A stretch of DNA of 64,000 bases from Acidobacteriota bacterium (lineage in GTDB: Bacteria > Acidobacteriota > Terriglobia > Terriglobales > Acidobacteriaceae): positions 14,361 through 78,360 of the forward strand of contig JAKAJO010000069.1 in NCBI GenBank assembly GCA_021813745.1, written 5' to 3'. The notes below the pieces were generated by a model. The model searched no databases, was not told the origin of the DNA, and was given only the letters and a program-made list of their open reading frames with translations. The number at the start of each line of letters is the position of its first letter. Position 1 is the stretch's first letter. Positions 46,541 through 55,718 of the stretch are shown here, piece by piece. The position numbers and the translations under genes were made by a program.

Positions 46541-48250
46541 ATGAATTTCCGATTTGTCGTTCCCGCATCCCTCCGCGGAGCTGTTGATGGTGCCGTGGCT
46601 GATTGGCAGACTCAAGGAAAAGTGGGTCGCTTCTGGAAGAAGGACCCGACTCTCTGGACCAATGACGGCGAAGAGAAATGGCTGGGCTGGATCGATATCG
46701 TCGAGCGCCAGCAGAAGGACTTGGCGAGTTTTGCCGCACTTGCCGCCGATGTGCGCTCCGCAGGCTTCAAGTCCGCGCTCCTTCTCGGGATGGGAGGATC
46801 CAGTCTTTGTCCGGAGGTGCTGGCTGAGACGTTCGTTGCCCAGCAAGGATTCCCCGTGCTGCACATTGTGGATTCCACGGATCCCGCCCAGGTGCAAGCG
46901 GCGCGTGACAAGGTGGATCTTGCCGAGACGGTTGTCATTGTGGCCAGCAAGTCGGGCTCAACGCTGGAACCGAACATTTTGAAGCAGTATTTCTTTGCGG
47001 AAATGGAGAAGGCGGTCGGGAAGGAACATGCCGGACACCACTTCATCGCAATCACCGATCCCGGCTCCAAGATGGAGCAGGTCGCGAAGGCCGATCATTT
47101 CCGGCATATTTTCTACGGGGATCCAGAAATCGGTGGCCGTTATTCGGCGCTATCAAATTTCGGAGTGGTTGCAGCAACCGTTGCGGGCCTGGATCCTCGC
47201 CGGCTACTTGCAGAGGCGGCAATGGGAGTTGCACAGGCCAGGCTGGAACCCTCTGAAAATCCAGCCGTACAGCTCGGACTGATCCTGGGAACCGCCGCGA
47301 ACGCAGGTCGGGACAAGATTACGATCTTCACGTCGCCGGAGTTGCATGATGTTGGCGCTTGGCTTGAGCAGTTGATCGCCGAGTCGACGGGAAAACTCGG
47401 CAAGGGAATCACGCCCGTTGATCGCGAGGCGATTGGCTCGCCTTCCGCGTATGGGGATGACCGTATTTTTGCCTATGTAAAGTTCCAGGGAACCGCAGAG
47501 AAAAGCCTCGATGCCAAGGTTGCCGCCCTTGAAGCTGCGGGGCATCCCGTGGTCCACTTCGAGATTGCTGATCGTTACGAGATCTTTGGGCAGTTTTTCA
47601 CATGGGAAGTTGCCACGGCCGTGGCTGGTTCCGTGATGAAGATCAATCCGTTTAATCAGCCTGACGTGGAATCCGCGAAGGTGGAGACTCGTGCGCTGAC
47701 ATCCAAGTACGAGGAAACAGGCAAACTGCCCGAGCGCAGTGCATTTCTGTCGGATCGAGGCATCCAGCTTTTTGCGACAGGGGACTATGCTGCGACCCTT
47801 AAAGCAGGCGCACCGGCGCAAACCCTAGCCGGCCTTCTGAAGGCCCATCTGGATCAAATCCGTGCCGGAGACTACTTTGCCACTCTGGCCTTTTTGCCCA
47901 TGTTCCCACAGCATGAAGCGGCCATTCAAGGGTTCCGCCATCAGGTGCGCGACAAAAAGAAAGTGGCAACCTGTCTTGGCTTTGGGCCGCGGTTTCTGCA
48001 CTCAACCGGTCAGGACTACAAAGGTGGACCCAACACTGGCGTCTTTCTGCAGATCACGGCAGACCATGCCGCCGACGTAGAGATTCCGGGCCAGAAATAC
48101 AGTTTTGGAGTCGTGATCGCGGCGCAGGCAGCTGGGGACCTTGCTGTGCTCGAAGCGCGCGGACGCCGCGCTTTGCGCGTGCACTTAGGTGCGGATGTCA
48201 GTTCGGGACTTAAAGTACTTGCCGATGCGGTTGCAGAGGCGCTTCGGTAA
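46541..48250 (+). CDS. pgi: Glucose-6-phosphate isomerase (long SIS-type, like the PGI half of transaldolase-PGI fusions)
   Basis: 'LLLGMGGSSLCPEVL' and 'VIVASKSGSTLEP'. 569 aa. Confidence 0.85.
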   Translation: MNFRFVVPASLRGAVDGAVADWQTQGKVGRFWKKDPTLWTNDGEEKWLGWIDIVERQQKDLASFAALAADVRSAGFKSALLLGMGGSSLCPEVLAETFVAQQGFPVLHIVDSTDPAQVQAARDKVDLAETVVIVASKSGSTLEPNILKQYFFAEMEKAVGKEHAGHHFIAITDPGSKMEQVAKADHFRHIFYGDPEIGGRYSALSNFGVVAATVAGLDPRRLLAEAAMGVAQARLEPSENPAVQLGLILGTAANAGRDKITIFTSPELHDVGAWLEQLIAESTGKLGKGITPVDREAIGSPSAYGDDRIFAYVKFQGTAEKSLDAKVAALEAAGHPVVHFEIADRYEIFGQFFTWEVATAVAGSVMKINPFNQPDVESAKVETRALTSKYEETGKLPERSAFLSDRGIQLFATGDYAATLKAGAPAQTLAGLLKAHLDQIRAGDYFATLAFLPMFPQHEAAIQGFRHQVRDKKKVATCLGFGPRFLHSTGQDYKGGPNTGVFLQITADHAADVEIPGQKYSFGVVIAAQAAGDLAVLEARGRRALRVHLGADVSSGLKVLADAVAEALR

Positions 48251-48270
48251 AGCTACCGGGACTGAAACAG

Positions 48271-48314
48271 GACCCGCTCCGCCTTGAGGGGGCGGGTCTT
48301 GTCATTTTATTTTT
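48271..48314 (+). terminator. Rho-independent terminator of pgi
   Basis: GACCCGC...GCGGGTC stem followed by ttgtcattttattttt. Confidence 0.65.
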
Positions 48315-48320
48315 CCTCAC

Positions 48321-50627
48321 TCACGGCAACCGCAACGAGCCTGGGTGCATGATCTGAGAAGGTTGTGGCCGGGCCTCACTTTGGTGCATGCAATGGGGAA
48401 GGGGTGTTCCTGAAGCAGCAAAGGATCGAGTCACATGGAGCCGGTCCATCACGATGTAACGCGTGCGTACTCCATCAATCAGCGGCGGGAGATTACCAGG
48501 CAGATGCCGCCGATCCACATAGATAACAAGGGAAGCCTCCTGCGGATTATCCAGACTCTGCCCTACGCCGACGCCGAAGAAGGCTCGATTCTGCTCCATC
48601 AGACTCTGTGCCCTTGCTTGCTTCACCGCCAGAGCCTTGCTGACGGCTGGTGGCTGCAGAGGCGGCGCTTCCGCCAGCGTGACTGCCATCGGCGCGGCAC
48701 CGAGAGCCACCGCCCGGGCGGTCGCCGTGATCACAACGGTCCGAACGCCTGCCACAAGCGGTGGAATGGCCGGATGAGATCCCTGATCAACGTAGACAAT
48801 CACTGCGGCTTCGCCCGCATGGTCACTGCTCTTTCCCATCGCAATGCCCAAAACTCCCGCCGTTGGGTTGATCCATTGCCGTGCCATGATCAGCGCCTGT
48901 TGCACGCGCGCGATTTCGCTGTCGCTGAGGGCGCGAGCCTGCGCGGCAACCACTGTGCTGTCGCCATAGCTAAGGCAGCTCACCGGATGATCCGACCCAC
49001 CCACATAGGTGAAGTTTGAGGAACCTCCGGTCTGGCTGTCCAACGCGCGCAGCACCTCGCCCGCGGGATTGGCCATCCCCTGTACCACCCCATCCAGGTC
49101 GGTCCCACCAGCGAAGTAAAGTCCAACCGGCTCGGCGTTCGTTGCATCGACCACTAACGCGCCGGAATCACCTGCATCGCTGAAGCGATTGCCGCTGAGC
49201 CCGATCTGGTTCTTGAAGAGCTTTGAAAGATACGGTCGCGTTTCGGCGCAGTCGCGGAAGTAATCAACTGAGATATCCACGTCGATGGCAGATACGCCAC
49301 CACAGGTCAAGCCTGTTGTGCGTCCGCTCTTCGCCACGCGCATTTGAAGCCGAGCCTCTTCGCCCAAACCGCTACTGGATACGATGCCAGGGGGGGCGGC
49401 GGACAACGAGCCGTCCGGCTGGCGCGATCCGAGCTCCAGGATGCTCCCGGTGGGGTCCACTGTGCGAGAAGCAACCTGCGCAATCGCCGCGTCGACATTC
49501 GTCGTGGAGGCGTGCAGCGGCAGCCATGCAGTCAACGAGCCCACAGGCACGGTCCCGGCTCCCTCGCCATTGGGAGTGCAGTTGTTGTCAATCAGTCCTG
49601 GCTGAATGATGGCGTCCCCCACGGCTGCTCGGTCACTGCGTGCCAGGATGTGGTTGTTGCTCAGGATGTACTGCCGCCGATCTCCATCCTGAACGAGTGA
49701 GCCGAGAGTCCCACTGCAGCAATCCATGATTGAATTGCCTGACTGATCAAAGTCCTCGTTGTTACCACCCGAGCTCCCAAGGGCCATTGGCGAAGTCAGT
49801 AGGCTCTGGTGGCTGACAGGATTACTGGACACACCCCCCGGATTCAGCAGTACGGCAGTTTCCGTTCGAGCCAGAGATTCCCCAGCGTTGGCAATCACGT
49901 AGGTGATGGAGGTGGCAGGCACCGTGGCCGGAGCGGTGTAGGTCACCGTGCAAGATGTGAATGCTTTTCCGGACCGCTGACAGAGTGGCGCGCTGAGGCT
50001 ACCCATGCCGCCGCTCGTCCCGGTTGGGGTACTCGCGAGCGAGAAGTGGATTCCAGCGCCACCCCCTGCCTCTGCCAAAGTGCCTGAGATGGTCACGGAG
50101 TTGCCAGGACCAAGCGCGACATTCTCTGGCGAGAGTGGCTGCAGAAAGCCTGGAATCAGCGTCAATACGGCGGAGGCCTGGATCTGAGGAGCGGACTTGA
50201 GCGCGGCATGAACTTGAACCTGCACGCGATCCGCCGTCAGATATGTGGGAGGCGCATATTGGCCATTCGCCGAAATGGAACCGGCGCCGGCAACCGCATC
50301 CCCCCCGGTAAGAGTCCACTGAACATCAGCCGGGCTCCCTTCGGAGCGAAGGGCGGTTAATTGCAGCAAGACGCTGCCATGCGCTCCGATGACGTTGCAT
50401 CCTGTGCAACTGGTATCGATCGTGGCCATGGGCGGTGTAATTGAGAAGAAGGCGTTTGACGCGGTTGCGGGCGCCGCGCCCCCTCCGCCACAGCCGGTCA
50501 GCAGCGCCAGTCCCGTCCACAGGGCGGCAAAAGCGTATCGGAATAGGCGAGCTTGCGAGCGGTCCGGATGATCGGGAGCAAGTTGTTGACATAGCGAATT
50601 TTGTGAGAAGTCAATCAACCTCAACAA
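48321..50627 (-). CDS. Lipoprotein with Ig-like N-terminal segments, a central chymotrypsin-fold serine protease domain and a duplicated C-terminal module
   Basis: Start TTG 50627, but the start is uncertain. Lipobox 'LLTGC' with Cys46. Catalytic triad candidates are His326 'SNNHIL', Asp379 'VDAAIAQV' and Ser488 'GDSGA'. Repeats lie at aa 565-640 and aa 665-735. Confidence 0.7.
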   Translation of the reverse strand: MLRLIDFSQNSLCQQLAPDHPDRSQARLFRYAFAALWTGLALLTGCGGGGAAPATASNAFFSITPPMATIDTSCTGCNVIGAHGSVLLQLTALRSEGSPADVQWTLTGGDAVAGAGSISANGQYAPPTYLTADRVQVQVHAALKSAPQIQASAVLTLIPGFLQPLSPENVALGPGNSVTISGTLAEAGGGAGIHFSLASTPTGTSGGMGSLSAPLCQRSGKAFTSCTVTYTAPATVPATSITYVIANAGESLARTETAVLLNPGGVSSNPVSHQSLLTSPMALGSSGGNNEDFDQSGNSIMDCCSGTLGSLVQDGDRRQYILSNNHILARSDRAAVGDAIIQPGLIDNNCTPNGEGAGTVPVGSLTAWLPLHASTTNVDAAIAQVASRTVDPTGSILELGSRQPDGSLSAAPPGIVSSSGLGEEARLQMRVAKSGRTTGLTCGGVSAIDVDISVDYFRDCAETRPYLSKLFKNQIGLSGNRFSDAGDSGALVVDATNAEPVGLYFAGGTDLDGVVQGMANPAGEVLRALDSQTGGSSNFTYVGGSDHPVSCLSYGDSTVVAAQARALSDSEIARVQQALIMARQWINPTAGVLGIAMGKSSDHAGEAAVIVYVDQGSHPAIPPLVAGVRTVVITATARAVALGAAPMAVTLAEAPPLQPPAVSKALAVKQARAQSLMEQNRAFFGVGVGQSLDNPQEASLVIYVDRRHLPGNLPPLIDGVRTRYIVMDRLHVTRSFAASGTPLPHCMHQSEARPQPSQIMHPGSLRLP

Positions 50628-51044
50628 CTCGATTCTGGCCTGAAGTGTCTATCTTTTCGACGTCTTCCGCAAGCAAGAGTTGCTGCGGTTCGGGTTTGAG
50701 TACTCCAGACGTGCTGAGTCTACCGGAGAACCTGGCGCAAGGATTGCCGCCAGAAAAATGACGGGCAAGAAGTCGACGCCCTCCAACAAATATCCACTGT
50801 GGGCCTGTTGGCACCCAGGTCGAGGATGCCACTTTTTCGCCATGGCCATGCGACAAGAGCAGGATTCCAGCCAGTTGGGATAGTGCCTATAGTGGGGTCT
50901 GTGAGCGGCCAATTGCTTCCCTCGCTTCTCAGGAGGCTTAGTGATGAGGAGAGTGGCAACGATCGGACGAGGTAGCAGCCTTTCCATTTGACCTCGCAAC
51001 CTGAAATGGGCCGTCCCTTGGATGAGATACGATTGGAGGACATC

Positions 51045-51329
51045 ATGAGCTGGATTCTTGGAAAACAAAGGCCGGATCCGAGTGATCTTGATTTGAATCG
51101 TTATCAGATCGCTCGAGGCATCTTTGAGGCTTGGAGAAGTGCCAAGACGCCAATTTCTCTTGAAGGGTACTTGCGGCGCGCCGAGACAAAGGGATTCATG
51201 ATGTTCAGCCAGACCTATCGTGCCGCATCGTGGGTCAGGATTCCCGTGGGCCGCGTTCGCGAGCTCGAATGGATGGGCCAGGAGATGTGCGCAGACGATG
51301 ATTTCGCGCATGTTCGCCTGATTATCTGA
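51045..51329 (+). CDS. Hypothetical protein (94 aa)
   Basis: ATG 51045 is preceded by GGAGG with a 6-nt spacer. No family recognised. It sits in a lower-GC segment. Confidence 0.4.
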   Translation: MSWILGKQRPDPSDLDLNRYQIARGIFEAWRSAKTPISLEGYLRRAETKGFMMFSQTYRAASWVRIPVGRVRELEWMGQEMCADDDFAHVRLII

Positions 51330-51592
51330 TGGCCCAGCAGCTCTTCGGCAGGTGAGTGATAGCGATACAAAGCTTCATTCTCACGCCGTTGGCCGAGTTC
51401 CGTTCGAGTGCGGTTTTGCTTTGATGCTTCCCCATCATGCCAGGATGTGGTGGATCTTTTCAAAGCGAGCCCGCACTCGACCGGATCTTGATTCGTAAGC
51501 AGATGAAATCCACTCAGCACGAATCCACCTGCATAGAGTAGTCTGCTGGCCATGGAGGCTCCCGCGAGTGGTTCCTCCCAGCGACTTCCTGA

Positions 51593-52597
51593 TCAGCTCA
51601 CTTCCAACACAAGCTTTCCAAAGTGTGTTGCTGCTTCCATGCGTCGCAACGCCTCCGGCGCTTCCTTCCAGGGCAGGGTCGTAAGGACGGGTCGCAGTCG
51701 GGCGGCCTCGATTGCGCGATTCATCATTGCGAAGTTGTGGCGCGAGCCAACGTAAATCCCCTGTACACGTGCCTGCTTGTGCAGGATCATGGGAAGAGGG
51801 ATCGGATCGGCAGGTCCGGACAAGACGCCAATTTGCGCAATCATGCCGCCCATGCGTACGGCGCGAAGGGAACGAGGCAGGGTGCCCACTCCCCCCACTT
51901 CAACCACCAGATCGACTCCTTCGCCGCGTGTCTCCTCCAATACCCATTGATCCCAGGCCGGTGTCGTTCGGTAGTTAAGGCAAGTGTCCAGGCCCAGAAG
52001 GGTGGCGCGGTGAAGCTTTTCATCACTGCTTGAGATTCCGAGGACTCGTAATCCCGCCAGCTTGGCCAATTGCAGGGCGAAAACCGAGACGCCGCCCGTT
52101 CCTTGAATGAGCACGGTCGCCCCAGGCATCATCCGCGCAGCGGACAATGCATTCCAAGCCGTCACTGCGGCGCACGGCAGCGTCGCCGCTTCGGCAAAAC
52201 TCAGGTGCTCGGGAATCCGCACTAGGCCGGATGCAGGCAGGACGACATATTCCGCCAGCATGCCGTCGATATCGCCGCCAAGAGCGCCCCTCACCTTTTC
52301 GGGCGTCGGTGGCCCATCGAGCCAGTTTTGCATGAAAATGCCGGTAACTCGGTCTCCGGGCTTCCAGTCGTCCACGCCCGGACCAACCGAGATCACCTCA
52401 CCGCTGCCGTCAGAACAGGGAATCCGAGGAAGCGTCATCTTGGGGTTGTAGAGTCCCTTCACCACCAAAAGATCACGGTAATTCAGGGACACCGCGTGAA
52501 TCTTCACGAGCGCTTGCCCGGGCCCCGGTTGAGGAGTCGGCCGTTCTACAAACTCCATGGAATCAATACCAAAGGATGCGATCTGCCAAGCGTGCAT
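51593..52597 (-). CDS. Zinc-type alcohol dehydrogenase / NADPH:quinone oxidoreductase (MDR family)
   Basis: ATG 52597 has AGGAG 5 nt upstream. 'HAVSLNYRDLLVVKG' and 'GTGGVSVFALQLAK'. The 117 upstream codons in the ORF track are low complexity. Confidence 0.85.
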   Translation of the reverse strand: MHAWQIASFGIDSMEFVERPTPQPGPGQALVKIHAVSLNYRDLLVVKGLYNPKMTLPRIPCSDGSGEVISVGPGVDDWKPGDRVTGIFMQNWLDGPPTPEKVRGALGGDIDGMLAEYVVLPASGLVRIPEHLSFAEAATLPCAAVTAWNALSAARMMPGATVLIQGTGGVSVFALQLAKLAGLRVLGISSSDEKLHRATLLGLDTCLNYRTTPAWDQWVLEETRGEGVDLVVEVGGVGTLPRSLRAVRMGGMIAQIGVLSGPADPIPLPMILHKQARVQGIYVGSRHNFAMMNRAIEAARLRPVLTTLPWKEAPEALRRMEAATHFGKLVLEVS

Positions 52598-52677
52598 AAG
52601 TCTCCTGTGAGGTGGGAGCGCCAGCTTCAGGTCATGGAGCGGGACATTTGGTGCTGGCGGACCCGTAAAATGAAGAT

Positions 52678-52962
52678 ATGGCCCGTGGTTGGGAAAGTAA
52701 ATCCGTGGAGGAGCAGATGGCTGGAGCCTCACAGCAGGCGAGCAAGACGCCCGATGGCAGTTTTGTGACCGAGGAGCAGCGACGCGCAGCGGATCTGCGG
52801 CGTGCGACGGTCTCTCGACAGAAACAGGCGTTGCAACTGCAAAGGGAACACATCCTTTCGCAACGGACGTCGAACTCTGGTCGACGCGCGGCGCTGGAAG
52901 CGGCTTTGAACCAGGTGGAAGCACAACTTGCGGCCCTCGAAGCCGCACCCGGCAAGCCCTGA
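52678..52962 (+). CDS. Hypothetical small charged coiled-coil protein
   Basis: 94 aa. Reads 'MARGWESKSVEEQMAG...RRAALEAALNQVEAQLAALEAA'. The SD is weak. Confidence 0.5.
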   Translation: MARGWESKSVEEQMAGASQQASKTPDGSFVTEEQRRAADLRRATVSRQKQALQLQREHILSQRTSNSGRRAALEAALNQVEAQLAALEAAPGKP

Positions 52963-53106
52963 ACCACTTTTGACCTTCCAGTTAGAGGCGTGTTCGCACA
53001 CCAAAACGGGAGAATGCCGCTGGCGTCTTGTCCGGCTGGCCAGTCCGTCGATGCGTCCCATTGGCAATGCCGGTCAATTTGCATTCCATCCTCTTCCGCA
53101 CCCAAT

Positions 53107-53877
53107 CTATTCAGAGCGGGAAAAGAGAAGGGAATTGGCTTGTTGCACCGGTGTCATCAGGATCCGCGCAATGTTGACGTGTTCGGGACGGCTCGCAGCC
53201 CAGACAATGGCTTGAGCTACGTCCTCTCCTGTAAGAGGTTTGACACCTTTGTAGACCTTGGCTGCGCGCTCGGCGTCTCCCCGGAAGCGCACCAGGCTGA
53301 AATCGGTCTCTACCATGCCGGGGTCAACGCTGGTGACCCTCACCGGCGTGCCCAGGACGTCCTGACGAAGGCCGTCATTGATGGCGCGTTCGGCCGCTTT
53401 GGTGGCGCAGTACACGGCACCATTGGGATAGGTCATCTCTCCTGCCGTTGAGCCCAGATTGATAACATGCCCGCGACCGCGGACGATCATGCCTGGCACC
53501 ACGGCACGGGTCACGTAGAGCAGGCCCTTCACGTTGGTGTCGATCATTTCTTCCCAGTCCTGCAGCTTGCCGACGTACAGTTTTTCCAGACCGCGGCTCA
53601 GCCCTGCATTGTTCACAAGAATGTCAATTTCTGCCCATTCCTCCGGGAGGTCATCGATGGCGGTCTGCACGGCACGATGATCTCGCACGTCGAGATCGAT
53701 AGAGTGAACAGCTCGGGCGCCGAGTTCGCAGGCTCGCAATGCAACTTCCGCCAGCTTTCCAGCACGCCGAGCGGCCAGCAGAAGCCGGCATCCTTCCGCT
53801 GCGAATGCCAGAGCTGTGGCGGCGCCGATCCCGGCACTGGCCCCGGTAATGAAAACGATCTTGTCGCGTAGATTCAT
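53107..53877 (-). CDS. Short-chain dehydrogenase/reductase (YdfG-like NADP-dependent 3-hydroxy acid dehydrogenase)
   Basis: 'ITGASAGIG', 'NNAG' and 'YCATKAA' (the YxxxK motif). Confidence 0.9.
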   Translation of the reverse strand: MNLRDKIVFITGASAGIGAATALAFAAEGCRLLLAARRAGKLAEVALRACELGARAVHSIDLDVRDHRAVQTAIDDLPEEWAEIDILVNNAGLSRGLEKLYVGKLQDWEEMIDTNVKGLLYVTRAVVPGMIVRGRGHVINLGSTAGEMTYPNGAVYCATKAAERAINDGLRQDVLGTPVRVTSVDPGMVETDFSLVRFRGDAERAAKVYKGVKPLTGEDVAQAIVWAASRPEHVNIARILMTPVQQANSLLFSRSE

Positions 53878-53963
53878 GTTGCTATCCTAACGAACCGTCT
53901 TTTACGGGAACAGTGATGCGAGCCACAGAGCCGACGGGAGGCGATTTGCGCTGCAATTTTCGG

Positions 53964-54848
53964 TCAGGCTTTTTGAGCACCGCGATGCTGCGCCATCCGG
54001 TACTGTCCTACGGCCCAATCGGTCTGGCCGAGTCCGGCTTTCTGCGCCTCGGCAAAAATCTCAGCTAGGTTATCTGCAAGGCTGAGCTTGACATGGCGGC
54101 TTGCTGCGGCCTCGCGAAGCAGGTGAAGATCCTTGGCGCCCAATTCCACGGTCGCGCCCGGTTTGTCGGGGGGATGGAGCATCACCTTGCCGTAGGCAGC
54201 ATAAAAGGGCGACTGAAAGAGCGCCTGGTTGACCGCTTCTAGGAACGCGGCTGGGGTGATTCCCTGGGCTTCCGCGTAGACAAAGGCCTCTCCCAGCGAA
54301 TGGATCATTGCGCTGATGAGAAAATTGCCACCGAGTTTGAGGGCATGTGCCTGGCGCGGTTCAGCGCCGACGACAGAAATGCCGCGTGCCAGCGGGTTCA
54401 GCAGGGGGCGCGCCCGTTCTATCGACTCTTCTTCACCGGCGATCACAATCCAGAGTCTGCCCTCTTCGGCAACATTGGGACGGCCAAAAACAGGCGCAGC
54501 GACAAATTGCTGTTTATGCCGGGCGTGTTCCACGGTAAGTCGCTCGCTGAGGGCGACGCTGATGGTCGATAGCGATATGTGGAGAGCCCCTGCTTTCATG
54601 GCGCTGAGCGCGGCTCCGCGGCCAAACAGCACCTCTTCGTGCGCCGAATCGTCAAAGAGCATGGTAAAAACCACGTCTGCTCCAGCGACAGCCGCGGCGG
54701 GACTTGAGGCGATGGTCACCCCATGGGCTGCCAAGCTGCGTGCCTTTTCTTCCGTGCGATTCCAGACCGTCAGAGGATGACCCGCGGAGAGAAGCCGTCG
54801 CGCAATGGCGACGCCCATGTTTCCAAGGCCAAGAAAAGCAATCTGCAT
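53964..54848 (-). CDS. NAD(P)-dependent beta-hydroxyacid dehydrogenase (3-hydroxyisobutyrate/6-phosphogluconate dehydrogenase-like)
   Basis: Start ATG 54848. Rossmann motif 'IAFLGLGNMGVAIARRL'. Confidence 0.85.
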   Translation of the reverse strand: MQIAFLGLGNMGVAIARRLLSAGHPLTVWNRTEEKARSLAAHGVTIASSPAAAVAGADVVFTMLFDDSAHEEVLFGRGAALSAMKAGALHISLSTISVALSERLTVEHARHKQQFVAAPVFGRPNVAEEGRLWIVIAGEEESIERARPLLNPLARGISVVGAEPRQAHALKLGGNFLISAMIHSLGEAFVYAEAQGITPAAFLEAVNQALFQSPFYAAYGKVMLHPPDKPGATVELGAKDLHLLREAAASRHVKLSLADNLAEIFAEAQKAGLGQTDWAVGQYRMAQHRGAQKA

Positions 54849-54968
54849 GTTGGGCTCCAGTAAGAGAGTTGGAAGTCTCTGCCGGATCTCTGAATGAGCG
54901 GGGACATCCGGCCAGACATCCATCCTAGGGGATGGATGCCGAATCCGAGTGCCGCGATGCAGCCCGAT

Positions 54969-55631
54969 CTACTGGGGTGTCACCAGGTGGTGCGCGATGG
55001 CAAAGAGGGCAAGTTCGAGTCGAGTCGAAACGCCGGTCTTATCGAAGATGTTGGAAAGATGACGCTTGATGGTCTCTTCGCTCAAACCGAACTGTTTGGC
55101 AATATCACGATTGCTGCAGCCTTCCACGATGCAGCCGACCACTTCGAGTTCACGAGGCGTCAGACCGTACGTCTTTCGCTGGGGAGGAGCCGCCTGCTGC
55201 ATCAGGTCGTGAAGGGCTGCCACCAGATTCACCACCCGCTTTCCGCCGATCCAAAAATCACCCGCGTGCACGGTTCGAATTGCGACCTTCAAGTGTCCTG
55301 CAAGGGCGTCCTTCAGGACGATTCCACGAGCGCCGATGTGCAGTGCCTCAATGACCTGCTGTGTCGTAATGGTCGACGTGAGGAGGAGAATCTTTACCTC
55401 CGGCGAGCCCTTCATAATGGCGCGCATCGCTTCCAGCCCCGGCAGGCGAGGCATGGCGACGTCCAGCAGAAGAATGTCCGGCTTCAGCTCGAGGGCAAGG
55501 GTAATCGCCTCGTCGCCGTCGTCGGCTTCACCCACGACGCTGAATCCTTCTTCAACCTGCAACATGTTGCGGACGCCAATGCGAACTACAGGATGGTCAT
55601 CCGCGAGGACGATTCGGATCGGTCTTTCCAC
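54969..55631 (-). CDS. Response regulator transcription factor, NarL/LuxR family
   Basis: Receiver motifs 'IVLADDHPVV' and 'LLLDVAMP'. HTH 'LTPRELEVVGCIVEGCSNRDIAKQFGLSEETIKRHLSNIFDK'. Confidence 0.9.
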   Translation of the reverse strand: MERPIRIVLADDHPVVRIGVRNMLQVEEGFSVVGEADDGDEAITLALELKPDILLLDVAMPRLPGLEAMRAIMKGSPEVKILLLTSTITTQQVIEALHIGARGIVLKDALAGHLKVAIRTVHAGDFWIGGKRVVNLVAALHDLMQQAAPPQRKTYGLTPRELEVVGCIVEGCSNRDIAKQFGLSEETIKRHLSNIFDKTGVSTRLELALFAIAHHLVTPQ

Positions 55632-55718
55632 GCCAGCCCGTAACCTCCGCTTTTGAGACTCACTGGTTGAACTTAACGGCCTGTCAAGCGCATGTCTGTT
55701 TCGGCCAAGTCATTGCAT

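Noticed and set aside
51215-51553. A 112-aa minus-strand ORF, considered as a confident gene call.
   Set aside because: It has an SD-like GGGAG. However, its C-terminal third is Ser/Arg-rich and runs antisense to the better-supported 51045..51329 ORF. It is kept only as part of the finding on the orphan segment and is not listed as a feature.
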